Below are positions 11,001-19,300 of a DNA stretch of 64,000 bases, piece by piece (position 1 is the stretch's first letter; the number at the start of each line of letters is the position of its first letter). This DNA is from Parcubacteria group bacterium (GTDB lineage: Bacteria > Patescibacteriota > Minisyncoccia > Moranbacterales > UBA9337), in assembly GCA_041662245.1 (NCBI GenBank), contig JBAZSW010000002.1, forward strand, positions 89,017 through 153,016, written 5' to 3'. The notes beneath the pieces were generated by a model. It saw only the letters and a program-made list of their open reading frames with translations. It was not told the DNA's origin and made no database searches. The position numbers and the translations under genes were made by a program.

Positions 11001-12540
11001 TTCATATCGAAGTGGCCTTGCGACAACTGCTGCTTTTGCGGATGTGGGCAACAAAGATTTTCATCTCGCCAATTCCGACACCGCCGCGCAAGGCAAGGGG
11101 GTGAATCTGACAACTGACACCAATTTACCTTTCAACGTTGACATTGATAGCGAGCAGCGCGGAACCTATTGGTCGATCGGGGCGGACGAGCCAATCGGAG
11201 TCAACGTGCAAACACCACCAGCAACTAGTCCTAACCTCGGCATCAATTCTGGCCTCGTCGGTTATTGGTCGATGGATGGTCAGACAATCTCCGGCACGAC
11301 CGTGAAAGATTTATCCGGCAACAATAATAACGGCACCAACAATGGTGCGGCGCAAGCGGTCGGCAAAAGAGGACAAGCGTTATCGTTCAATGGGACGAGT
11401 GATTATTTGGATGTGGGGAGTATTGCTATGGCAGACAATACTTCTTGGGCGGTTTCTACATGGTTTTATCCCACAGGTTCGAGCTATCAAGCCCTAGTCG
11501 GGAATACATATACTAGTAGTAGCTATGGAAGAATTCAGATAAGATACAACGATTTGTACATGTTTTATAATGATGCCAATGGTGGCATAAATTGGAATGT
11601 TGGAAGCGGAATGCCTTCAAATACTTGGCATCATGCAATTATAATTTGCAATGGAACAGATTCGAATAATCTAGAATTATATTTGGATGGTGTTTCTCTG
11701 GGCTATAAGACTTTGGCAGATTCTGGTTGGACTGCTAAATATTTGGGAAAATCAGGAAGTAGTAGCTATTGGAGCGGAGCTATGGACGAAGTTCGCGTCT
11801 ATAACCGCGCAATTTCAGCGGATGAAGTCGGACAGCTTTATCGGACGGGAGAAGAAAAATTGCAAACTTCGCAGACAGACAAAATGACCAATGGCTTGGT
11901 GGGGATGTGGAGTTTTGATGGGGCGGACATTTCCGGTACGACCGCCTATGACCGCAGCGGACAAGGCAACAATGGAACGATCAATGGTGTCACGCCGGCG
12001 ATTGGAAAGCGTGGCCAGGCTTTGAATTTCAATGGGACAAGTGATTATGTCAATATTAGTAGCACCCCGACTATCCTCGAAGGGAAAACGGCCTTTACGA
12101 TAAACTTTTGGGCCAAGAGCAGTGTGGCCTTGCCGGTATCGAAAGGAATATTTTCTAACATGGTAAATACTAATCAGCTTGTATCCGATTGTTCTGTTCT
12201 GGCAAATGATAATTATTTATTTAGAGTTTATGACGACACGGGAGTATCAAGTAGTTTTCAATTAGATGGGAGTGATATTTTTCCGGATACCAATTGGCAT
12301 TACATTTCTAATGTTTTTAGCAATGGATTAGCTTCTGTCTATGTCGATGGAGTGTATAAAGGCATATCTTCAACGACTATCGGAGCCAGTCGGAGTGGCG
12401 GTGTTACAAAAGCTTTTCGTTTAGGGAATGGCCAAGGTTATTGGAACGGAGCGCTTGATGAATTTCGCATCTATGACCGCGCGCTTTCTGCAGATGAAAT
12501 TAAAAATTTGTATGATATGGGACAGGCGGCGGTGAAATAG
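5008..12540 (+). CDS. Giant secreted modular protein (2510 aa): signal peptide, 5 beta-sandwich/beta-helix modules, 2 C-terminal LamG-like lectin domains
   Basis: Signal peptide MSKFQKLILIFFFILIGLSSATFASAAG. Modules end in EDFHL...DLS.D.N..F.TDIDG..R...WDIGADE and contain N-ladder beta-helix turns (NNIIYG, YNNTxYN, AKNNI). C-terminal LamG hallmarks are LVGYWSMDG...FNGTSDY...DEVRVYNRAIS..EV.QLY and a second copy. Confidence 0.85.
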   Translation: MSKFQKLILIFFFILIGLSSATFASAAGNVYYSVGQSTANLMTGAPNVAITSGVATFDVAQTANIGVGDVIVANAISYYIASKTSTTVWNVVTNTGATPTDITSTAVTSVKHVYTSLNSAVTGASTLLGSSDLTTADVVLNIPCYYDSAADTTAVTVSGYTTDATRYIKIYTPSNTTTEANNSQRHSGKWDATKYQLAVSGNSALYTSVSYTYIQGLQVALDISVSSTNIAGIFSVSTYVKITGNIVKANNTGVPSYYKQGIRVTTVGTGVGVWNNIIYGFQYSGLTYYGGISANSAGAYVYNNTVYNNGGGIYIAANTFAKNNISYNNSLDYYVGAGAFDASSTGNLSKDASAPALNTYYRNKTLTFVSTISGGEDFHLVPADTDAINKGADLSGDANLPFTTDIDGAPRNASINAWDIGADEAATQIFRSVAPSATAVLESDTSHARTVTLTSGVATFSNALSDTIGVGDAVLIDTGGTDQAIDASDTLLFISGRNSSTSYNLQTNNGSVPSNIASNDTYQIYRAYTSIANAEEGTKNTSIPIAFNGGNRNIFTNNEQWNIACYANGTTADARAVVSGWTTGTNNYIKIYTPVNLTEVGTSQRHAGKWDDSKYKMEINANFYIYAANTRFDGIQIKGSGSEDVISYDNFNSSGGEQVVSNSIIRGGTRGIAGVRANTKIRIYNNIIYTMANAGLYPCPTDSFCYMYNNTLYNTGTYGIYTNGGTAIAKNNIVYGAGNFNTYAGTFSVGTDNNATDSTDAIGQGSNNRISQTFSFVSTVSGSEDFHLQSTDAGARNYGADMSADVNFAFATDIDGASRNASINAWDIGADETATQIFRSVGPSATAVLESDTSHARTVTLTSGVATFSNALSDTIGVGDAVIIDTGGTDQTIDASDTILFISSRNSATSYQLQANNGSVPSNITINDTYQIYRAYTSLSLAEAGTKNASIPMTFNGGDRDLVANNEQWNLACYANGTTADTTAVTVSGWITAQQDFIKIYTPVTTTEVGTSQRHNGKWDDGKYRLEYTGSFATTLDSAVMDIWVDGLQIKRVTTQNYGNIIALRVISRSKVSNNIVNFVDTYTNSTKAISNVSSDGSPSYFWNNIMYGTSLDYGYYQADAYGYVYNNTVSGAGDVGYFSGFQLRMFVKNNIAQNCVDGFLASSGNFGVGSDYNISDLSADAPGANSKNSTTVAFADSANKDFHLAPTDTAAKNSGVDLSTDANLPITTDIDGQTRSATPSWDIGADEAANAVYYSVGQSTADLKTGTPNVAITSGVATFDAAQTGNIGVGDVMIANAISYYISSKTSTTVWNVVTNTGATPANITSTAVTSIKHVYTSLNSSASGAGTLLGTTDLYTNNYQINLPCYYDSAADTAAVTVSGYTTAVPNYIKIYTPNNTSTEANNSQRHGEKYDITKYRLEVTDANGLALTGVDTKIIGLQIKLTATTSWRSAIAHGINYRGNIEIANNIIKGVLTGNITDFGLWIKRNNVNTKIYNNVIYGFKSDLTASCAGMWFGFEGGVGSSIKNVFNNTFYGNYYGLNSMDGGVTVVAKNNISYNNPYKDYNGTFDASSTNNISKDTTAPPYNTYYTNKTLSFVSTISGAEDFHLAFTDTDALNKGVDLSADTSFAFTTDIDGQTRNQNSLGWDIGVDEAATQIFYSVGQNTSDHKTGLPTVTVSGTTATFSVAQTATNMGVGDLVTYTGGICYLSAKTSTTVWSCISATGGTPTAATNATVTSIAHAFASLSAAMSGSGPGASNSSHLNTTNLVTNNYQLNIPCYYDSGADTTRGNVYGFTTGANNYIRLYTPNNVAAEVNLSQRHQGKWDDAKYRFEYTATGSSDYALYIQEPYIKIDGLQIKSSDGGYGYSAGIGINSVYSITSSNLEISNNIIKAGTLTNATVAAAGIGNYSGGKSLIYNNVIYGFNVDGSSTKGRGLHIRGSAYVYNNTFYDCYHGIYNYDGTAYAKNNIVQSATDGYAGSFTSSDYNISNLAADAPSASYRSGLATTAAFADVGNKDFHLANSDTAAQGKGVNLTTDTNLPFNVDIDSEQRGTYWSIGADEPIGVNVQTPPATSPNLGINSGLVGYWSMDGQTISGTTVKDLSGNNNNGTNNGAAQAVGKRGQALSFNGTSDYLDVGSIAMADNTSWAVSTWFYPTGSSYQALVGNTYTSSSYGRIQIRYNDLYMFYNDANGGINWNVGSGMPSNTWHHAIIICNGTDSNNLELYLDGVSLGYKTLADSGWTAKYLGKSGSSSYWSGAMDEVRVYNRAISADEVGQLYRTGEEKLQTSQTDKMTNGLVGMWSFDGADISGTTAYDRSGQGNNGTINGVTPAIGKRGQALNFNGTSDYVNISSTPTILEGKTAFTINFWAKSSVALPVSKGIFSNMVNTNQLVSDCSVLANDNYLFRVYDDTGVSSSFQLDGSDIFPDTNWHYISNVFSNGLASVYVDGVYKGISSTTIGASRSGGVTKAFRLGNGQGYWNGALDEFRIYDRALSADEIKNLYDMGQAAVK

Positions 12541-12675
12541 AATGGACATTCGATGTCGAAAATCTTTTTATGGTATAATGGGGGAAGAGAGGAGGATTTG
12601 AAATAAATTTCGAATTTTGAATTTCGAATTTTGAATCAATTTCGAATGAATAAATGATAAGAAATGTTTCCTCTT

Positions 12676-12750
12676 GTCATTTCGACCGAATAAATATTTG
12701 TACTCAAATATTTAGAAGTGGAGACCTGCCTGCCGGCAGACAGGAATCTT
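12676..12750. repeat. Intergenic repeat family B (long form with GC palindrome CCTGCCTGCCGGCAGACAGG)
   Basis: The unit gtcatttcgaccgaataaatatttgtactcaaatatttagaagtggagacctgcctgccggcagacaggaatctt recurs at 16074-16148. Short forms lacking the GC hairpin are at 14343-14400 and 41224-41280. A partial copy is at 40931-40990. The unit contains a perfect AT hairpin AAATATTTG-TACT-CAAATATTT. Confidence 0.8.
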
Positions 12751-12822
12751 AGATGAATCAGAGATATAAGATGAATTTCGAATTTTGAATTTTGAATTTC
12801 GAATCAATTTCTAATTATCTAA

Positions 12823-13052
12823 TGTTTCAAAATTAAAACATTAAGATTTGAATCAAAATTTTAAATTTCAAATTTAAAGTTTAAAATGAATAAAAAAATA
12901 TTAAATGATTAAAACAGATACGAAATATAATAAGAAAAAGATTGAAATTAAAATTTATTCATTTAAAATTGATTTCAAATTTCAAATTTAGCCTTTAAAA
13001 TTAGAGCTATATTTACAAAAATTAAAAATTCTAAAAATTACAAAATTAAAGT
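12823..13052. repeat. Repeat family A, copy 3
   Basis: Sequence identity to the other A copies. Confidence 0.8.
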
Positions 13053-13097
13053 TATGAAGATGTTGCTATTGACTAATGTCATAATTTAGTATAAAAT

Positions 13098-13113
13098 TGA
13101 TATTATAATATCA
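13098..13113. promoter_or_regulatory. 16-bp perfect palindrome TGATATTATAATATCA (contains a TATAAT hexamer) 16 bp upstream of the ATPase start
   Basis: Perfect inverted repeat seen directly in the sequence. Confidence 0.5.
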
Positions 13114-13128
13114 TAATTAAATAAAAAT

Positions 13129-14262
13129 ATGTCATTTTATCCGAGAATAATTAAAGAAAGTATTGAAAAAAGCCTTTTTAAGGGTAAGGTTATTATTATT
13201 TATGGTGCTAGGCAAGTCGGAAAAACTACATTATCCAAGGAAATCCTGAAAAAATATGAAGGCAAAAGCACTTTTTTTAACTGTGAACTTTTGTCAGTCA
13301 AACAAAGTTTGGAAGTCCAAGAAGCCGCATCCTTAAAAGATTTTTTGGGAGATAATAGGCTGATCGTTTTGGATGAAGCGCAAAATGTTGCAAATGTAGG
13401 TCGGATTCTAAAAATAATGGTTGACACTTATCCCGAAATTCAAATAATCGCGACAGGATCTTCAAGCTTTGATCTGGCCAATAAAACCAGTGAACCTTTG
13501 ACCGGTAGAGCCATTCGTTTCACGCTCAGCCCATTGTCATTGGAAGAAATAAAAAACAAGACTAACGCAGTAGAATTGAATGCCCAGTTGGAAAACATTA
13601 TGCGATTTGGGACATATCCGGAGGTCTTTTTTTCGGCGGAAGAAAGTGCCAAGGATAAGCTGGATGAAATTGTTTCCAATTATCTGTATAAAGATGTCTT
13701 GATGCTGGATGGCATAAAAAAACCGGCAATTATCATAAAACTTCTCCAATTGTTGGCACTACAACTTGGCAATGAAGTTTCCTACAATGAATTGGCAACT
13801 TCGCTAGGGATAAATAGGCTCACCGTGGAAAAATATATCGATTTATTGGAAAAATGTTTTGTTATTTTTACCTTGAGAGCTTTGAGTCGCAATATGAGAA
13901 AAGAAATTTCGAAATCCGTGAAAATATATTTTTATGATTTGGGCATTAGGAACAGCTTGATACAGAATTATAATCTGTTGGAGATGCGCAATGATATCGG
14001 TGCTCTGTGGGAAAATTTGATGATTGTGGAAAAAATAAAGAAGAATAGTTATCATAAGATCTATGCTAATCTTTATTTCTGGCGCACTTATGACCAGAAA
14101 GAAATAGATTTAATAGAGGAACGGGACGGAAAATTTTTTGCCTATGAATTTAAGTGGAAAAAAGATAAGACTAAAGAGCCAAGGGACTTTTTGAGCAATT
14201 ATGCTAATTCTGAATTTGAAGTTGTTAACAGAGAAAATTATGGGAAGTTTTTGTTTGAGTGA
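13129..14262 (+). CDS. AAA+ ATPase with C-terminal PD-(D/E)xK-like domain (paralog 2)
   Basis: Walker A motif IIYGARQVGKTTL; Walker B motif VLDEAQ; C-terminal motif KEIDLIEERDGKFFAYEFKWKKD. Confidence 0.75.
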   Translation: MSFYPRIIKESIEKSLFKGKVIIIYGARQVGKTTLSKEILKKYEGKSTFFNCELLSVKQSLEVQEAASLKDFLGDNRLIVLDEAQNVANVGRILKIMVDTYPEIQIIATGSSSFDLANKTSEPLTGRAIRFTLSPLSLEEIKNKTNAVELNAQLENIMRFGTYPEVFFSAEESAKDKLDEIVSNYLYKDVLMLDGIKKPAIIIKLLQLLALQLGNEVSYNELATSLGINRLTVEKYIDLLEKCFVIFTLRALSRNMRKEISKSVKIYFYDLGIRNSLIQNYNLLEMRNDIGALWENLMIVEKIKKNSYHKIYANLYFWRTYDQKEIDLIEERDGKFFAYEFKWKKDKTKEPRDFLSNYANSEFEVVNRENYGKFLFE

Positions 14263-14621
14263 TGAGATAAGTTTTAAATTTAAAGTTTAAAATGAATATA
14301 AAAATATTAAATGATTAAAACAGATACAAAATATTTCCCCATGTCATTTCGACCGAATAAATATTTGTACTCAAATATTTAGAAGTGGAGAAATCTCAGA
14401 TGAATGATAAAATCTTAAGATAATTTTAAATTTCAAATTTAAAGTTTAAAATGAATATAAAAATATTAAATGATTAAAACAGATACGAAATATAATAAAA
14501 AAAAGATTGAAATTAAAATTTATTTATTTAAAATTGATTTCAAATTTCAAATTTAGTCTTTAAAACTAGAGCTATATTTACAAAAATTAAAAATTCTAAA
14601 AATTACAAAATTAAAGTTATA

Positions 14622-14714
14622 ATGTCCAAATTTCAAAAACTATTATTAATCCTAGTATTTACGATAATCGGACTTTCTTCCGCAACTTTCGCGTCGGCAG
14701 CATCTAATGTATAA
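14622..14714 (+). pseudogene. Orphan 30-codon stub of a giant-gene 5' end (promoter-proximal repeat plus signal peptide MSKFQKLLLILVFTIIGLSSATFASAASNV, then a stop)
   Basis: The upstream A repeat and the first 84 nt are near-identical to the starts of the genes at 16365 and 27097. The reading frame ends at TAA 14712-14714. Confidence 0.7.
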
Positions 14715-14761
14715 TATATATGATACCCAAAGCAAGTTTGATTTTACAACTAAGCTGATAA

Positions 14762-14797
14762 GTACAGATTGACTTTTTTTTATTAAATCTGTACTAT
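14762..14797 (+). promoter_or_regulatory. Promoter TTGACT (14769-14774), 17-bp spacer, TACTAT (14792-14797), embedded in the inverted repeat GTACAGAT...ATCTGTAC
   Basis: The inverted repeat 14762-14769 / 14787-14794 overlaps both promoter hexamers. The ATG of the next gene is at 14824. Confidence 0.5.
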
Positions 14798-14823
14798 AAA
14801 GACATAATCAATAAAAATACCGT

Positions 14824-15999
14824 ATGTATATAAAAAGACAAGCTGAAGATACAATTTTGAAACTATTGAAGAAATATCCCGCAGTCGCTCTTGTTGGTCC
14901 GCGACAATCTGGTAAATCAACTATTGCCAAAAATATATTGAAAAATTATCCTTATTACTCGCTAGAGGACTTGGATGAGCGTGAATTTGCTACTTCTGAT
15001 CCACGTGGCTTTCTGGAGCGTTTTAAAAATGGCGGAATAATAGATGAAATTCAAAAAGTGCCAGAATTAATCTCGTATCTGCAATCATTTTTGGATAATA
15101 AAAAAAATAAAAGTCCTATTATTTTGACTGGATCAGCCCAATTGACATTGTTGTCCAATATCAGTCAAACTTTGTCTGGCAGGGTGGCTATAATTGAATT
15201 GTTGCCTTTGGCTTATGTTGAAATAAAAAAAATGTCAGTGGCTCCGAAGTCATTAGAAAAATTATTTCATACAGGCTTATATCCAAAATTATATAAAGAA
15301 AAGATTAATCCTAATGATTGGTATTACGATTATGTTAAAACATACCTGGAAAGAGATGTCAGAGATATTTTGAAAGTGCATAATCTTGGAACATTTCAAA
15401 AATTTCTTAAAATGTGCGCTTCACGTGCCGGACAAATTTTGAATTTTTCATCACTGGCCAATGATTGTGGCATATCTCATTCTACTGCTGAGTCGTGGTT
15501 CAATATTCTTGAAGCGACATATATTGTAATTCGCATCCAACCGCATCATCAAAATTTTTCCAAGAGATTAATCAAATCGCCTAAACTGTATTTTTATGAT
15601 ACCGGTCTTTTGTGTTTTCTTTTGGGGATCAGTTCGGCTGATGACTTAAAAACTCATTCTTTTCGTGGAGCGATAATGGAGAATTGGGTGGCGAATGAAA
15701 TTGTAAAATCGAAATGTAACGCTCACAAACCAAATGGCATATATTTTTGGCGTGACAATAAGGGTATTGAGATTGATTTTGTAATGGAGCAAGGAACGAA
15801 ATTATATCCAATTGAAGTCAAATCAGGCAAAACTATAAATACGGATTATTTCAAAAATATTTTATACTGGTCGAAATTGGCTGGAAACAAGGCCAAGAAT
15901 GGAGCAGTGGTTTATGCGGGAAATGAAAATCAAACCAGAACAGATTTTGAGATTTATGGATGGAAATCTATAGATAACTTAATTGAGAGGATGATTTAG
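14824..15999 (+). CDS. AAA+ ATPase with C-terminal PD-(D/E)xK-like domain (paralog 3)
   Basis: Walker A motif ALVGPRQSGKSTI; Walker B motif IIDEIQ; C-terminal motif GIEIDFVMEQGTKLYPIEVKSGKT. Confidence 0.75.
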   Translation: MYIKRQAEDTILKLLKKYPAVALVGPRQSGKSTIAKNILKNYPYYSLEDLDEREFATSDPRGFLERFKNGGIIDEIQKVPELISYLQSFLDNKKNKSPIILTGSAQLTLLSNISQTLSGRVAIIELLPLAYVEIKKMSVAPKSLEKLFHTGLYPKLYKEKINPNDWYYDYVKTYLERDVRDILKVHNLGTFQKFLKMCASRAGQILNFSSLANDCGISHSTAESWFNILEATYIVIRIQPHHQNFSKRLIKSPKLYFYDTGLLCFLLGISSADDLKTHSFRGAIMENWVANEIVKSKCNAHKPNGIYFWRDNKGIEIDFVMEQGTKLYPIEVKSGKTINTDYFKNILYWSKLAGNKAKNGAVVYAGNENQTRTDFEIYGWKSIDNLIERMI

Positions 16000-16073
16000 G
16001 ATGAATTTCGAATTTTGAATTTCGAATTTTGAATCAATTTCAAATGAATAAATGATAAGAAATGTTTCCTCTT

Positions 16074-16148
16074 GTCATTTCGACCGAATAAATATTTGTA
16101 CTCAAATATTTAGAAGTGGAGACCTGCCTGCCGGCAGACAGGAATCTC
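16074..16148. repeat. Repeat family B (long form)
   Basis: Identical to 12676-12750. Confidence 0.8.
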
Positions 16149-16165
16149 AGATGAATGATAAAATC

Positions 16166-16364
16166 TTAAGATAAATTTTGAATTTTAAATTTAAAGTTTA
16201 AAATGAATATAAAAATATTAAATGATTAAAACAGATACGAAATATAATAAAAAAAAGATTGAAATTAAAATTTATTCATTTAAAATTGATTTCAAATTTC
16301 AAATTTAGCCTTTAAAATTAGAGCTATATTTACAAAAATTAAAAATTACAAAATTAAATTCATA
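16166..16364. repeat. Repeat family A, copy 5
   Basis: Sequence identity to the other A copies. Confidence 0.8.
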
Positions 16365-19300
16365 ATGTCCAAATTTCAAAAACTATTATTAATCCTAGTA
16401 TTCACGATAATCGGACTTTCTTCCGCAACTTTCGCGTCGGCAGCTAGTAATGTTTATTACAGTGTCGGGCAATCCACGGCTGACCTCAAAAACGGCACGC
16501 CTAATGTTTCCATCACTTCTGGCGTGGCGACTTTGAGCGTGGCGCAGACGGGCAATATCGGAGTCGGGGATGTCATCGTAGCTAATGCGATCTCGTATTA
16601 CATTTCCAGCAGAAGTTCGCAAAGTGTTTGGAATGTGGTTACCAATACGGGAGCTACGCCGACCAACATCACTTCCACGGCGGTCACTTCCATCAAACAC
16701 GTCTATCCCTCGCTCAGTGCGGCGGTGACGGGGGCGAGCACTCTCTTGGGCAGTTCTAATTTGACGACGGCTGACGTAGTCTTAAACATTCTTTGCTATT
16801 ACGATTCCGGTGCCGACACGACCGCGGTCACCGTTAGCGGTTACACCACCGATGCGACAAGATATATCAAGATTTACACACCGAGTAACACTTCAACGGA
16901 AGCGAACAATTCGCAGCGGCATAGTGGGAAGTGGGATGCGAGCAAATATAGGTTGGAAGTTAGTGCAGCCACGGCACTGTCTAATAGTAATTTGTATACG
17001 GTTATTGAAGGTTTGCAGATATATGAAACTCCAAATGCTCACGATCAATCGGCGATATATTCCACGACCAGCAGTACGATCAAAGGCAATATTTGTAAAG
17101 GAGATGCGACTAACTCGACTTATCGACAACATGGGATAAACATACTTTCCACTAATGGAAATACCATATATATCGAAAATAATGTTGTGTATAATTTTTC
17201 AAGGATTTATTCTAGCGGGATACTGATGAACTCAGGGTATCCAATTTTTTATGCTTTGAATAATACGGTTTATAACAATTATAACGGTATATATAATAGT
17301 GGAGTAGATACGGCAAAATATATCAAGAACAATATCTCGATGGGAAGCAGCGGGTTCAATTTTGCGGGTACATTCGATTCGAATGCGAGCAATAATGTTT
17401 CATACGATGCCACAGCTCCCGGCACGGGTTCTCTGACCAATCAATCGTTGGCACAAGTCGCATTCATTTCAACCGTTTCTGGGAATGAAGATTTTCATCT
17501 CCAACCTAGTTCGGTAGCGAAGAATATTGGCGTGGATCTGTCGAGTTATTTCACCACTGACATTGATGGCGCTACCAGAAATACCGCCATCAATGCGTGG
17601 GACATCGGGGCGGATGAGGCGGCTACGCAGATTTTCCGTAGCGTCGGACCATCGGCTACGGCGGTTTTGGAAAGTGACACATCGCACGCTCGTACTGTAA
17701 CACTTACCAGCGGCGTGGCCACTTTCAGTGCGGCACTGGCCGACAACATCGGCGTAGGGGATGCTGTTTTGATTGACACCGGTGGCACAGATCAAACCAT
17801 TGATGCGTCAGACACGATATTATTCATCAGCAGCAGAAATAGTGCTACCAGTTACACCCTACAAGCTAATAATGGCTCTGTACCCAGCGACATCGCTGTT
17901 AATGATACATACAGCATTTATCGCGCTTACACTAGTTTAAGTTTAGCCGAAGCGGGGACGAAAAATACTTCTATTCCGATAACTTTCAATGGGGGCAATC
18001 GTGATTTAGCTACCAACAATGAGCAATGGAATTTGGCTTGTTATGCCAATGGAACGACGGCCGATACAACCGCAGCTAGGATTGACAGTTGGACGACCGA
18101 CACTACGCGTTTCATCAAAATTTATACTCCCGTAACCACCGCTGAAGTGGGTATTTCCCAACGGCACAGCGGGAAATGGGATACGAGCAAATATCGCTTA
18201 GAAACGGGAACGGGCGCTTCATCTCTTAGAGTAACTCAAAATTATACCGTGGTTCAAGGACTGCAGGTATATAATTCTAGCACGGTTAATGAAGAAAATG
18301 GGATATCCCTAGATGCCTATCGCAATCATATGACGGCTAGAGATAATATTGTAAAGGGTGGATATACAGGAATAAGTACTGGTTCACAATCTTCGTCAGA
18401 CGGAAATAATTATATCATAAATAATATTGTATATGGGGCATATAGAACAGGTATAAATGCAAATAATCCTGTTTCTACCAATCCTAATTTTGTTTATAAC
18501 AATTCAGTTTCGGGGTGCAATGTGGGAGTGGTTGAGTATGGGTATGGAATAACGGCTTCAGCGGAAGGTATAGTTGAAAATAACATCAGTATCAATCTTG
18601 GCGGTTATGGTACTTATAAAAAAGATTTTGCCGCTACAATACAAAGCTATAACATTTCCCAAGACACTTCCGCGACGGGCACAGGATCTTTGACCGGCAA
18701 GACCAACACAGATGTAAAATTTGTGAGCATCATCTCTGGTGCAGAAGAGTTGCATTTGCAAGCCGGTTCGGTAGCAAAAAACGTCGGTGCCGACCTGTCC
18801 GGCACTTTCACCACCGACATCGACGGTCAGACTAGAAGTGCGAGCCTGGGGTGGGACATCGGGGCGGATGAAGCGGCCAATGCGGTGTATTATAGTGTCG
18901 GACAATCCACGGCCAACCTTATGACAGGGACGCCGAACGTCGCCATCACTGCAGGCGTCGCCACTTTTGATGTGGCGCAAACTGGAAACATCGGGGTGGG
19001 GGACGTGATTGTGGCTAATGCGATCTCCTATTACATCGCCTCCAAAACTTCGACCACTGTTTGGAATGTGGTGACGGTGACAGGCGCCACGCCGACTGAC
19101 ATCACTTCCACCGCCGTCACTTCCATTAAACATGTTTACACTTCACTTAACTCGGCGGCTGCAGGCGCAGGCACGCTTTTGGGCACAACTGATTTATATA
19201 CCAATAATTATCAAATTAACATCCCGTGCTATTACGACTCTGCCGCCGACACGACCGCCGTGACTATTAGCGGTTATACCACCGCTATGCCCAATTATAT

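Noticed and set aside
5620-12540. Numerous minus-strand and alternate-frame ORFs inside the giant genes (for example 5620..6456 -, 6141..6449 -, 7141..7680 -, 9580..10230 -, 17469..17795 -, 29350..29973 -, 34351..34992 -, 36550..37065 -)
   Set aside because: They lie antisense or out of frame within long, clearly coding GC-rich repeat cassettes, and their sequences recur only because the cassettes recur. There is no independent start context. They are artefacts of GC-rich repetitive coding DNA.
12664-12750. 13-codon ORF (MSFRPNKYLYSNI) inside B elements
   Set aside because: There is no RBS, the ATG is replaced by TTG in some copies, and the element is better explained as a hairpin-bearing repeat.
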